The notes under the pieces were generated by a model. It saw only the letters and a list, made by a program, of their open reading frames with translations. It ran no database searches and was not told where the DNA came from. A DNA stretch of 64,000 bases, taken from the IMG/VR virus record IMGVR_UViG_3300026875_000002. The stretch is one strand, 5' to 3'. Made by a program: the position numbers and the translations under genes. Below are positions 55,501-64,000 of the stretch, piece after piece (within the stretch, counting starts at the first letter, position 1; each line of letters begins with the position of its first letter). The DNA is from a virus.

Positions 55501-57296
55501 TTAGTAAACTTGCTAGTGGAGATATATGGGGTGCTGTAACAAGTGCTATTGATACTATCAAAGCAGGTCTTGAAAAAGTATCGGAAATTATTCAACCTAT
55601 CATTGATGGATTGAAAGGTATTGGTGAATTTGTAAGTAGTCATCTTCCTGGAGGTGGTGGTGAACAACAACCTGCAACTACAGAGGGTACACAAGCAACA
55701 CCACAAGGAGGTATGGATACAAGTGCTATTACTGGTGTTCTCACTCAACTACAAAGTGCAGGTAGTCAAATACAACAAATTATGCAAGGAGTACTAAGTA
55801 CTGCTGTGTCTACACTTCAAACTATTGTGGGTACAATTACATCTGCAATTACAACAATTATCACAACTATTGGTACAACAATTACTAGTATTATTTCAAC
55901 TATTGCTGCTAGTATTATGAGTATTATCACAACAATAGGTACTATTATAACTGGGATTATTACTACAATTACGGCTAGTATTCAAGCAATTGGTACAACA
56001 ATTACTAGTATCATCATGACTATTACTGCAAGTATTCAGGCTATTGGTGCTACTATTAATGGTGTGATTAGTGGTATTGGTGGTGCTATTAGTGGAATTG
56101 TTTCTACAATTGGTGCGACTATTATGGGTATTGTTACCAGTATAACATCTAGTATCCAATCTATTGGTAGTACTATTATTGCAGTGATTGGATCTATCAC
56201 AAGTAGTGTTACAAGTATTGGAAATACAATCCAAAGTACTGTTACAAGTATTAGTAGTAGTATTAGTAGTATGGCGGGTACTCTTCCAGGTATGGTTGCT
56301 ACACTTACTGGGGGTTTTACTACTCTTGCTGCGACTATGGGTGGAGCTCTTCTTGGGGCTATAGTTACACTTCAAGGAACATTCACATCTGCATTACAAG
56401 CAGTTAATGATAAAATTACAACAACAAATAGTTCTTTATCCACCATGCAAGGTACAATTACTACTATTGCTAGTATGAGTACTATGATGGCTAACTCATT
56501 TGTCACTATGAGTACTGCAGTAGTTGCTGTTAATGCAGGTCTTGCTGCTATTGTTGGTAGTGTGGGTGCTGTTCAAGGAGCTTTCCAAGGACTTGCAAGT
56601 GTGGTTACAGCTGCATTTGCACAAATTGCAGCAGCTGTTAATGCATCACTTACTCAGGCTATTGCAAGTTTACATGCTTTTTCAAATCAGGCAATTAATA
56701 TCATGAGAACCACAGCGACAGGTATGGTAAACGCCTTTAAGAGTGGATTCAATGGGATTGCAGCTGCGGTGAACGCTGAAATGCAGAGTGCCTATGAAGC
56801 TCTCAGTTCCTGGGGAGATAAAATGATTGCTAAAGCAGAAGAAGTAGGGTCAGCAGTACAACAAGCATATAACCATGAAGGTCTGGGTAGAAACTCACCT
56901 GGACTCATCTATAAAGGAATGTACGCTGAGATGAAAAGTGCTTACGGGGCACTGAACGATGCAGAATACCCTATGGTGAAACAAGCAAATCAACTAGGTT
57001 CCGCAGTAGCTGACACATTTAACGGTAATGTTGTACCAAATACGTTTGGTAATATTACACGTATTCCTGCTAATATTTCACTTCCAACCATACAAAACAC
57101 GCCACAAAATAGAAATGCTGTACAAAACAATGAAAAATCACGAACAAACGACACAATAATAAATAACACATTTAACATAGAAGGAACATTTGAAGATGAA
57201 GACAACATGAACAGACTTGTACAAAAAATAGTTGACGCGATGGACTTTGAAAACACAAGAGCAGGAAGAAAAGTAGGAACAATATATCAATCATAG
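52596..57296 (+). CDS. Tape measure protein
   Basis: 1566 aa; A..DLAKGLNG motif, amphipathic repeats, C-terminal SPGLIY and NNTFNIEG motifs. Confidence 0.92.
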   Translation: MSGQNYKFTIDIDAEVNEKPLQKAVVLLKEIMTLGDGVKDKLKGLDTKININTTNATKNVDDIINSAGNAQQAVKGLDGQDVTLDTKGAVTGLQNVEHEAGNAQQAVNSFDGASLEGLATSVNNAAKSFDTLASKAENAYKSTSKVSQKSGKSSGGFGSSLSSAASGLGGSGILSYLGLGTAYDATVGNAMTKEINRVTSSQRGYQIDGAGGLDEITNKSLVKMNNLIPAMNANQSALNVNMMQYADTIANVGSKVKALGYSEAESTNAMYDLAKGLNGAFASLDQYGISEQALMNTGLWSGKADDVEGYFKAVDAVVGDTSAYMDTLSGDVTTLGKVFSSAGGQIGQEFNPFLRKAVQGVTDLLSSTDAEGNKSPNALGKGLMGAFMVFSAVQPVVDGLNTVKSTFDTIKDAATGAAGGVKKIIQGAQDLKESISEKGLKGTILDKIKGNDKGMDSPCEDNDTCIKNAQKIGKEKKKNNNLDKKSKKTKNKKEKSLKDRIKDKFSRNKEDKGLDSEPSTHTRKDRKQREAEKGVPGSPKRRKYNREHGIIEAGPGRGGDSNRYGAGYTPRDRALGRSPQKPRKPRKPRKPKPKSKPESTGMDWNDNWLNKYQNNSTSGTFTGGGVFNAGGAGGSTSSTRKTGKSLDKKYNKSAKKKIKTSLGDCPSECPLGNLGKSKGKGKGKSKPTKTGKSTRLSTSLDPGLGGISSTKGKTKTPSRDVSKSLNPKATSKTGANAGKGILSKMGSTFKSSGASVFSKLGGGKLGKIGGTIGKTLAGGAGGGILGGLGKVFSKGAGGILGKGISGAVAKVGAKLGGKLLVGGLVSCIPIIGQVVDAFLLLTTVLDLLGIDWWTPLMGGLQSIASTVSGVLGPAFEWIMGAAGNTVQWLSDGFQQILPTLQQVGSMIMGGLGQAFQFLSSVAQQVWPTIKAGAEAVGPVLQKIAEIASGVLGQAFQTLCDVAGRVWDAFSKLASGDIWGAVTSAIDTIKAGLEKVSEIIQPIIDGLKGIGEFVSSHLPGGGGEQQPATTEGTQATPQGGMDTSAITGVLTQLQSAGSQIQQIMQGVLSTAVSTLQTIVGTITSAITTIITTIGTTITSIISTIAASIMSIITTIGTIITGIITTITASIQAIGTTITSIIMTITASIQAIGATINGVISGIGGAISGIVSTIGATIMGIVTSITSSIQSIGSTIIAVIGSITSSVTSIGNTIQSTVTSISSSISSMAGTLPGMVATLTGGFTTLAATMGGALLGAIVTLQGTFTSALQAVNDKITTTNSSLSTMQGTITTIASMSTMMANSFVTMSTAVVAVNAGLAAIVGSVGAVQGAFQGLASVVTAAFAQIAAAVNASLTQAIASLHAFSNQAINIMRTTATGMVNAFKSGFNGIAAAVNAEMQSAYEALSSWGDKMIAKAEEVGSAVQQAYNHEGLGRNSPGLIYKGMYAEMKSAYGALNDAEYPMVKQANQLGSAVADTFNGNVVPNTFGNITRIPANISLPTIQNTPQNRNAVQNNEKSRTNDTIINNTFNIEGTFEDEDNMNRLVQKIVDAMDFENTRAGRKVGTIYQS
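54335..54367 (+). repeat. Tandem 9-bp repeat (AAAACCTCG)x3 plus a partial copy, encoding KPR repeats in the tape measure
   Basis: Read directly from the sequence. Confidence 0.9.
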
Positions 57297-57307
57297 AGGA
57301 ATGACAT

Positions 57308-58150
57308 ATGGCAAAACAAAAAACAAAGATAATTCCAATAAACATTTATTTTAAAATAAATGGACACCCCTTCAGAATAGGACTTGATGCAAAAACAACA
57401 AGTGATCTTAATATAAAACAAAATAAAATGTTTGTAGCAAAAGAATCATGGGGATACACTGACTTGCAATGGTCCAACTTCACTGGTGAAGAATTACAAC
57501 TTGACATATACACAAGAATCAGTGAATCCTACACTGGAGATCCAGTACAACCAAGTTGGGGTGGAGTAAAAAGTTTTTATAATACAACAAGAACACCTCA
57601 CTCTGTCCTCAAATACTGGGCTCAGGAAGGATGTCCATGCAATGTTCTTACAAACCTACAAAGCTATGAAAGTGGAGTATATATGATAACAGAGTTTTCT
57701 CAATCCAGTCCAACATATGATATTGTTCATACAGAGTTAACACTACGACAATATGAGAAACCAGAAAATATAACTCAAACGTACTGGAAACCAGTGGAAC
57801 CAGGAAAAACAGTTATAAACAATAAAACAGCAAAACTCAGTGGAACAGCACTTGAAATAAGTAAACTTGAATTTTGTGAACAAAAATGTAACTGTACAGA
57901 AAAAAGTAATCCCCAAGAATGTACAGCAGCTGCAAGTACAAATGTAGCTACGATTCAGAAATATCTTCGATTATTTGGTTATCTTCCCATCTATTCTCGT
58001 ACTATTGGCCGTATTGAAATCAGTGGTCGTTTTTGTTATCATACAACTCAGGCAATTAAACAGTTACAACAGGATTATGGTTTAACTGTTAATGGTAAAT
58101 TTAATAAAGAAGTAAAGGATGTTTTCAGTAAACTAAGTGGAAGTGTATAA
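57308..58150 (+). CDS. Tail-tube-initiator-like protein with a C-terminal peptidoglycan-binding-like domain
   Basis: Follows the tape measure; Y.ITEFS..L.L.QY motif; IQKYL..GRF...T..AIKQLQQDYGLTVNG. Confidence 0.65.
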   Translation: MAKQKTKIIPINIYFKINGHPFRIGLDAKTTSDLNIKQNKMFVAKESWGYTDLQWSNFTGEELQLDIYTRISESYTGDPVQPSWGGVKSFYNTTRTPHSVLKYWAQEGCPCNVLTNLQSYESGVYMITEFSQSSPTYDIVHTELTLRQYEKPENITQTYWKPVEPGKTVINNKTAKLSGTALEISKLEFCEQKCNCTEKSNPQECTAAASTNVATIQKYLRLFGYLPIYSRTIGRIEISGRFCYHTTQAIKQLQQDYGLTVNGKFNKEVKDVFSKLSGSV

Positions 58151-58398
58151 TGATGGCAAAGGATAAAAATAAAAAAAAGGATAAGGATAAAGTAAAAAAT
58201 TATAGTAATAAATATAATCCATATTGGGATTTTAAAAAAGATGATAAAAAAGAAGAATCACCAGATATCCCAGAGTATCATATTTATATAAGTCATCAGA
58301 AACTTGGTACAGAAACAGCAGCAGTACCATATGAAGACCAAGGAAAAGATGACACGAAAAAGAGTAGTTCTTCAGATAATAGTAAAACAAGCACATAA
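58150..58398 (+). CDS. Duplicate of 393-641
   Basis: Identical translation. Confidence 0.6.
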   Translation: MMAKDKNKKKDKDKVKNYSNKYNPYWDFKKDDKKEESPDIPEYHIYISHQKLGTETAAVPYEDQGKDDTKKSSSSDNSKTST

Positions 58399-58411
58399 GA
58401 GTTGATTCATA

Positions 58412-60220
58412 ATGGTAAATATTGCATTAGCAATAGATAATATTCATGGAAGCTCAAAAGATACTGCAACACTTAACACAGTAAAATCAGTACTTGAAAG
58501 TGCAGGACATACTGTGACAAGTTATGGAGTAGGACCTAATAAGGTACAGAATGCAATGCTTAGAAACTCTGCAGATGTGATGATACAAATAGGAGGAGGA
58601 ATTTGTTTAGGGACTCTTGTTGATTTCATGGCAGGTATCCGAAAAGGATATTATCATGCAAAAAAGGGAGGATTCATGTACTATGACATCACCCGTTTCG
58701 ATGTTCCATCTTGGAAGGCTGTACGTGCACATGATGATCATTTCAGTAGCCAAGCAAGTTTACAACCTTACATCGGTAAAACACTAGATAGTATTTACCA
58801 ACAAAATAGTGATATCATGACATATAGTTATGGTACTGATGCAACAAAAATGGCTCAAGATTGGCTAACAAAATTTGGTGGGGGTAGTGTCTCTGGTGGT
58901 GCTGAAATAGTTGAAGGTTTTATTGAAAGTGGTCGTGGGGGAAACAAAAAAAGCAGTCCCCAATTTTGGAATCAAGAAAACTATGAACCATACAAAGAAA
59001 TACCCTTCCAAAACTTCAAAGTAGTAGAAGAATTTCCCAGAACAATGACAGCAGAATTTGAAACAATAGAAAATATAGACCTTACACAGGGACGTGTAGC
59101 AGTACTGATAACAGGTGATTGCAACCCCTTTGGGGGAATAATAATCTCCAAACAGTACAATAGTAAAGAAGGCAACTACACTTATAAATGTCAGGGGTTC
59201 ATGGAGCGAATCATGGCAAACAGTATTTATGCAGTGTATAATGGAGGAAAAGATGTATACACTGTACTTCAAGAAGTACTCGCAGATATAGGATTACCAG
59301 ATACAGGGTTACTTAAAAAGAAAGAATATGATACAGCAATCACTAAAGAAAACAAGAAAAAACTAGCATCCGACACAAAACTAACAGAAACAAGTGACAT
59401 GTATGATAGTGACACAAGTGACACTATCACAGATAATACAAAAAACATCACAGGAAAAGATAAACTGAACCCTATGACCACAAAAGTAAAAGGAATCTAT
59501 GATAAACCAACCGTGTACGATTTCATCGCTACACTGCTTTTCAAGTACGGGGTGAATATTGATTTTTATGGGGATATCAATGGTATTCCTCATTTCGATG
59601 TTCAAACACTTGACTCGTGGAAAAATGATGTGTGGGTGTTTGCTTCAAAACGTGGCTTTGAAAATAATTATAAATATGGGTTTGACATCACTAACGCGGT
59701 TACACAAGTAGCCGTGAAAAACATCAGCGCTACCAATGGTACTGGTGAAATATACACAAGTAAAGAACTGCTCGGAGTGCCCCTTGAGAATTATATAGGG
59801 CGTATGGGTATAGTTGTAGATAACCCTACAAGCAGTAGCGGTAATGGAAGTAGTACAAATCAGAGCCAGAATGGTGAGTATCAAGACAGTACGAGTAAGA
59901 AATATACGAGTACACAGATAATTACAACCAATGGGAAACCATCTTGTACAAAATGTAAGGAGATAAATGGGGGTAAAAAACCAACCTACAAATCATACAA
60001 GAAGTACTGGTATAATAAGTGTCCCTCATGTGAGGAAGAAGGAGAATTATCAAGTACAAATAAAGGAGATGGAGTAACAGTATGTAATGAATGCAATACA
60101 AAATACTGCCAATACTGCGGATATGAACTAAAAAACCATAAATTAAGGTTAACAGAACTGTTCAAGACAAGTAGTAATAATAGTACAAATACTACCTCGG
60201 AGGATGATGATAATGACTGA
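58412..60220 (+). CDS. Duplicate of 655-2463 (hub N-part)
   Basis: Identical translation. Confidence 0.55.
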   Translation: MVNIALAIDNIHGSSKDTATLNTVKSVLESAGHTVTSYGVGPNKVQNAMLRNSADVMIQIGGGICLGTLVDFMAGIRKGYYHAKKGGFMYYDITRFDVPSWKAVRAHDDHFSSQASLQPYIGKTLDSIYQQNSDIMTYSYGTDATKMAQDWLTKFGGGSVSGGAEIVEGFIESGRGGNKKSSPQFWNQENYEPYKEIPFQNFKVVEEFPRTMTAEFETIENIDLTQGRVAVLITGDCNPFGGIIISKQYNSKEGNYTYKCQGFMERIMANSIYAVYNGGKDVYTVLQEVLADIGLPDTGLLKKKEYDTAITKENKKKLASDTKLTETSDMYDSDTSDTITDNTKNITGKDKLNPMTTKVKGIYDKPTVYDFIATLLFKYGVNIDFYGDINGIPHFDVQTLDSWKNDVWVFASKRGFENNYKYGFDITNAVTQVAVKNISATNGTGEIYTSKELLGVPLENYIGRMGIVVDNPTSSSGNGSSTNQSQNGEYQDSTSKKYTSTQIITTNGKPSCTKCKEINGGKKPTYKSYKKYWYNKCPSCEEEGELSSTNKGDGVTVCNECNTKYCQYCGYELKNHKLRLTELFKTSSNNSTNTTSEDDDND

Positions 60221-61163
60221 AGATACAAGTACAAGTACTGGAACAGTAGCAACACAGAGCGATGGTACAACAGGTACTACTACTGGAAGTACGGATGGTA
60301 CTGCTGAGCAAGTTGCGAAGAATGATCCTGAGAAGAATAAGACTCTTGCAGAAATTGAGATGAGTGAATCACTCCGTGATATGTATGACCTTGAGTTTGA
60401 ACTGCCTCACACGTTTAAAGGACTACATACGAATCGATTTATATTTATGGAGTTGAATGATCAGTTTTATGAGCAGAATTATGCGAAGATTATTGACGCT
60501 ATTAAGAATAAGAAGTTTGCTCGTTATGCTGGTTTTGAGAAGGGTCGTTTTTTTGTTGAGCGTCATGAATATGGCGGGGGGATTGATGGGAGTTATACAA
60601 AGCTGAAGGTTAATCCCTTGGCTAATAGTTATGGTACCTATATGAAGCAACAGCAACAGGCTGAGAAAACTTTGATTCAGGCAATGAACCAAGGAAAAGG
60701 AGGAAATAATAGTGGTGGAGGATTAACAAATGTAAGTGGACAAGATTGTGGAGCTGATGTGTCCACATGGACTTCACATTCATGGGGACCAGCACAATTT
60801 GAAAAAACAGCACAAAAAATAATAGGAAATTCCTCTGCAAATTATGCTACTGATACAGCTAATATGAGTGCGGAGGAAGCAGTGAAAAGCATCAAACATA
60901 GTTATTCCTATTATAATAATAATCTGCATTGCCCTCAAGAATTATGGAAAAGTTATCCTAATATCGCCTGTAATTGTGCTGATTGGGCACGTCTTGTTAA
61001 GTGTATTTGTGATGTGCATGGAGTAAAATGTGCGATACACCACGGTAGCCATCACTATTGGAATTATGTATATATTAATAATAAATGGGAATCAGTGGAT
61101 CTTTGTACAAATAGAAATAACACATGGGATGGACATCTACGAAATACTGCGGGGTGGCAATGA
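60204..61163 (+). CDS. Duplicate of 2447-3406 (hub C-part plus peptidase)
   Basis: Identical translation. Confidence 0.6.
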   Translation: MMIMTEDTSTSTGTVATQSDGTTGTTTGSTDGTAEQVAKNDPEKNKTLAEIEMSESLRDMYDLEFELPHTFKGLHTNRFIFMELNDQFYEQNYAKIIDAIKNKKFARYAGFEKGRFFVERHEYGGGIDGSYTKLKVNPLANSYGTYMKQQQQAEKTLIQAMNQGKGGNNSGGGLTNVSGQDCGADVSTWTSHSWGPAQFEKTAQKIIGNSSANYATDTANMSAEEAVKSIKHSYSYYNNNLHCPQELWKSYPNIACNCADWARLVKCICDVHGVKCAIHHGSHHYWNYVYINNKWESVDLCTNRNNTWDGHLRNTAGWQ

Positions 61164-61409
61164 ATGATAAGTAATGAACTAAAAAATTTGATAATACCTA
61201 ACCTGAAATTACATCTTCCTGAAGAAAGATATCAGTATATTGAACAATGTTTTGCGGAATGTTATATCACAATTGAGGATGGTCAACAAATAGTATCCTT
61301 GGCTCCTGTCCTTGATGATGGGCTTTCCCTCCAATTTGATTTTTTGACTGGCACATTTTTTGATATTGTGAACTGGGAAGAGGTGAAAAAGGAGGGTAAA
61401 TTGTTATGA
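61164..61409 (+). CDS. Duplicate of 3407-3652
   Basis: Identical translation. Confidence 0.65.
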   Translation: MISNELKNLIIPNLKLHLPEERYQYIEQCFAECYITIEDGQQIVSLAPVLDDGLSLQFDFLTGTFFDIVNWEEVKKEGKLL

Positions 61410-63841
61410 AATACACAACTGAAGTTGGTGAAAATGGGGAGTTCCACGCCCCCACAGAACTAATACCAGGAAGGTACAAGACAACAATCAACTATACAGA
61501 CAACAAAAACCAGAAATTCGGGTCCTCAGAATGGACTGGAAAACTACACATCCGGCACAGCGTATACCTTGAATGTAAGGACATTTCCGTGGATGCATAC
61601 AGTACGACCACAATAAAAGAACGTTTGGTTGATTACCAAAAAGAACCTCTCGTAAACGCTGAAGTTAAAATGAAATATTCAAATAGTAGTACTGTCACTA
61701 CTCTTACTACTGACTCTGAAGGTTATTTTTCTTTTGTGTACAATGCTACTCGGAGTGGTACTGTTGACGTCACTTTCTCTTATGCGGGAAGTAAGTATTA
61801 TATTCCCATAACTGGAACTATTACTATTACTACATTACCTTCAACGCCTACAATTACAATAAGTGATGTGAAGAGGTATATAAAACAAGACCTTGAAATA
61901 CCGGTTACGCTTAGTGTTCATAATCATAAACTAATTAATAAAACACTTATTTTCACAATCAATAATAATACATATACTGTTACAACTGATAGTGGTGGGA
62001 ATGCTACACTTACAGGGTGTTCTATTGATACTACAGGCACATATAACTGTACAGTTTCATACACTCCTAGCACAGAGAAGGTTAATGGGAGATGTGACAG
62101 CTGGGATTATAATAGTGTTTCAAAGAGTTTTATAATCATAGTTATGCCAAAAAGAACGCCTATCGTCACTGCTACTGTTACAAGTCCTGTGGATTATAAG
62201 GGGACTAGTAACTTTGTGTTAACGTACGTGGATCCTGCTACAAATCAGCCTGTGAGTGGTGTAGGTATAATTATACAGATTCCACGCGAATCTTTTTCGG
62301 ATTATCTCATCACTGATAGTAATGGTCAGATTAGTTTGAGTCATACCATGACAGTGGTAGGGTTGAATGATATTGTATTTATCACGAATGAAAGACGAGC
62401 TTTTAATAGGGTACGTGTTTCAAAAGTTGTTATTGTCAACCCTGTACAAACGAAACTTTCTGGAACAACAAATAGTATAATGTATAGTGAGGAAGCGAGT
62501 GTTACATGTACATTAACAGATGTAGATGGGAATAAGTTGAGTAATAAACGTATTACTGTATATTCTAATGATGGTGATTTTGTAGGTAATGGTACAACAA
62601 ATAATAATGGGCAATGTATCATCAAATTCACTCCAGCCAATGTAGGTACACTTACCTATACCCTACAATTCGAGGGAGACAATCAATATTCTTCACAAAA
62701 CGCACAGTTTACACTCACCGTACAGAAGATATCTACAAAATTCACTGGAAATACTACAATATCCCCACATGCAGGGGAAGAAATACCAATTACATTAACC
62801 CTTGTAACAAACAAGGGAAAAACATTACCCAACAGGACAATCACAGTCACAGATAATAATAAAACAATTACAACAACAAGTGATTCAAAGGGACAATTCA
62901 CATTCAACACCATTGGAGGATTAAATGAGAAAAGAAGCGCAACAGTAAAATATCTGGGAGACACGTATTATAACACATGCACAGCAACAATAACACTCAA
63001 TTTTGGAAAATATGTTCCAACATTAAATGTAGACACAAGGGAGAATAGTATAGGGTCACCATGTGTATTCTATGTGAAAGTATCAGGAGCTAATAATGTA
63101 ACCCCTACTGGTAGTGTTACTTATGAAGCAGAATCACAGAAAAATACAGTTACATTAAGTCCTGGTGAGTGGAGTATATGTGACAAGTATGTCCCTACAG
63201 AGGCAGGGTATAACGATATCACACTAACTTACAAGGGTGATGATAATTATATTTCAGTAACAAAGGACATATCAGTCTACACTTCTCCAGGGATTGTTGA
63301 AGATTGTTCTAGTCTTGATCATTTTTACATACGAACAATCAAGTATCAAGATTATTACCCTACTCCTACAGAGAACCCTATTGTTGACGGAGGAGGAATT
63401 CATGGGTTTTACGGTCGAGCAATCTGGGCTGAAAACCTGAAAGTAACAAATAACTGTAAGGTTACCATGGAGATACAAGTGAAAAATGTGGATCATGGTT
63501 TCAATTTTGGACTTGTAACAAAGGGAAATATGTCCCGTACTGCGGTACTTCTTGAACAGAGTTCGAGTAGGGCTTATTTTTATTTTGCAACAAATACAAA
63601 TGGAAAATATAATATTCCAAGCGTGAACTGGAATAGATTATCTCTGAATACATGGTATACTGTTGAGTTCAATATTCAAAATGGTAAATGTACAGTGAAG
63701 GTGAATAATTCTACGTATACTCATGATATTATTATTGATGATAATACGTATCCTGCGATTTTTGTGTGGAGTCCTCGTTTGAGTGGTGAATCTTCTTCTA
63801 GTGAAATTATATGTAGAAAGATTGTATTAATCAAAAGGTGA
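61406..63841 (+). CDS. Duplicate of 3649-6084 (adhesin-like)
   Basis: Identical translation. Confidence 0.7.
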   Translation: MKYTTEVGENGEFHAPTELIPGRYKTTINYTDNKNQKFGSSEWTGKLHIRHSVYLECKDISVDAYSTTTIKERLVDYQKEPLVNAEVKMKYSNSSTVTTLTTDSEGYFSFVYNATRSGTVDVTFSYAGSKYYIPITGTITITTLPSTPTITISDVKRYIKQDLEIPVTLSVHNHKLINKTLIFTINNNTYTVTTDSGGNATLTGCSIDTTGTYNCTVSYTPSTEKVNGRCDSWDYNSVSKSFIIIVMPKRTPIVTATVTSPVDYKGTSNFVLTYVDPATNQPVSGVGIIIQIPRESFSDYLITDSNGQISLSHTMTVVGLNDIVFITNERRAFNRVRVSKVVIVNPVQTKLSGTTNSIMYSEEASVTCTLTDVDGNKLSNKRITVYSNDGDFVGNGTTNNNGQCIIKFTPANVGTLTYTLQFEGDNQYSSQNAQFTLTVQKISTKFTGNTTISPHAGEEIPITLTLVTNKGKTLPNRTITVTDNNKTITTTSDSKGQFTFNTIGGLNEKRSATVKYLGDTYYNTCTATITLNFGKYVPTLNVDTRENSIGSPCVFYVKVSGANNVTPTGSVTYEAESQKNTVTLSPGEWSICDKYVPTEAGYNDITLTYKGDDNYISVTKDISVYTSPGIVEDCSSLDHFYIRTIKYQDYYPTPTENPIVDGGGIHGFYGRAIWAENLKVTNNCKVTMEIQVKNVDHGFNFGLVTKGNMSRTAVLLEQSSSRAYFYFATNTNGKYNIPSVNWNRLSLNTWYTVEFNIQNGKCTVKVNNSTYTHDIIIDDNTYPAIFVWSPRLSGESSSSEIICRKIVLIKR

Positions 63842-63875
63842 AGTAAATAATACAGTAGGGAGGAAAAGAAGTAAA

Positions 63876-64000
63876 ATGATAAATTGTACAAAAATAAACA
63901 TAAAAGAAGGAAGTACTGGAGATAATGTAAAAGAGGTACAAAAATACCTCAAATACCTCGGGTTATATGAGGGAAAAATAGATGGAAACTGTGGAAAACT
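63876..64000 (+). CDS. 5' fragment of the endolysin duplicate (6119-7180), cut by the window end
   Basis: The atgataaattgtaca... start recurs at offset 57,757. Confidence 0.75.
   Translation, partial: MINCTKINIKEGSTGDNVKEVQKYLKYLGLYEGKIDGNCGK

Larger units (their letters stand above)
57758..64000. repeat. Second copy of window positions 1-6243 (wrap-around)
   Basis: Sequence matches by eye and ORF translations are identical at offset 57,757. Confidence 0.97.

Noticed and set aside
1-57757. CRISPR array or mini-array
   Set aside because: No regularly spaced 25-40-bp repeats with unique spacers were found in any intergenic region by eye.
1108-63496. Numerous 60-155-aa minus-strand and nested ORFs in the track
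   Set aside because: They overlap well-supported + strand genes, lack RBSs and show shadow-type composition. Only cdc6 is accepted on the minus strand.
57758-64000. 6.2-kb direct repeat read as a biological terminal repeat or gene duplication
   Set aside because: No differences were seen, it starts mid-gene and it ends exactly at the window edge. This is best explained as wrap-around of a circular sequence; only read data could show true terminal redundancy.

Overview
The window is one complete circular (or terminally redundant) genome of 57,757 bp from a temperate head-tail virus. Positions 57758-64000 repeat 1-6243 (no differences noticed by eye; all ORF-track translations match), so they are a wrap-around. 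The host is most likely a pseudomurein-walled methanogen (Methanobacteriaceae, Methanosphaera/Methanobrevibacter-like). This is inferred from low GC, an HMf-type histone, Orc1/Cdc6 and GINS homologues, pseudomurein-binding/peptidase domains and Ig-rich adhesin-like tail proteins. The morphology is probably myovirus-like (sheath, tube, gp25-like and baseplate-J-like genes). Modules in order: baseplate/adhesins with an embedded endolysin (1-20.3 kb); tyrosine integrase plus a convergent truncated Cdc6 (20.5-22.5 kb); regulators and a low-GC accessory island with a proteasome-beta-like protein and a RelE-type TA pair (23.4-28.6 kb); a candidate replication origin (28.7-29.0 kb); early genes including GINS, ERF, histone and a TFB zinc ribbon (29-37 kb); small membrane (lysis?) genes; packaging/head genes including a MuF-ADP-ribosyltransferase fusion with a putative immunity gene (38-47 kb); neck/tail and tape measure (47-58 kb). 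Strongest leads: (1) the MuF-ART toxin/immunity pair; (2) the proteasome-beta-like (Ntn) protein in an accessory island; (3) a set of single-domain mimics of host replication/transcription machinery (Cdc6 lacking the winged helix, GINS A-domain only, TFB zinc ribbon only, histone) beside an origin carrying host-type mini-ORB elements; (4) abrupt blocks of A/C-ending versus T/G-ending codons inside genes. All protein family calls come from motif recognition by eye; no database search was run.
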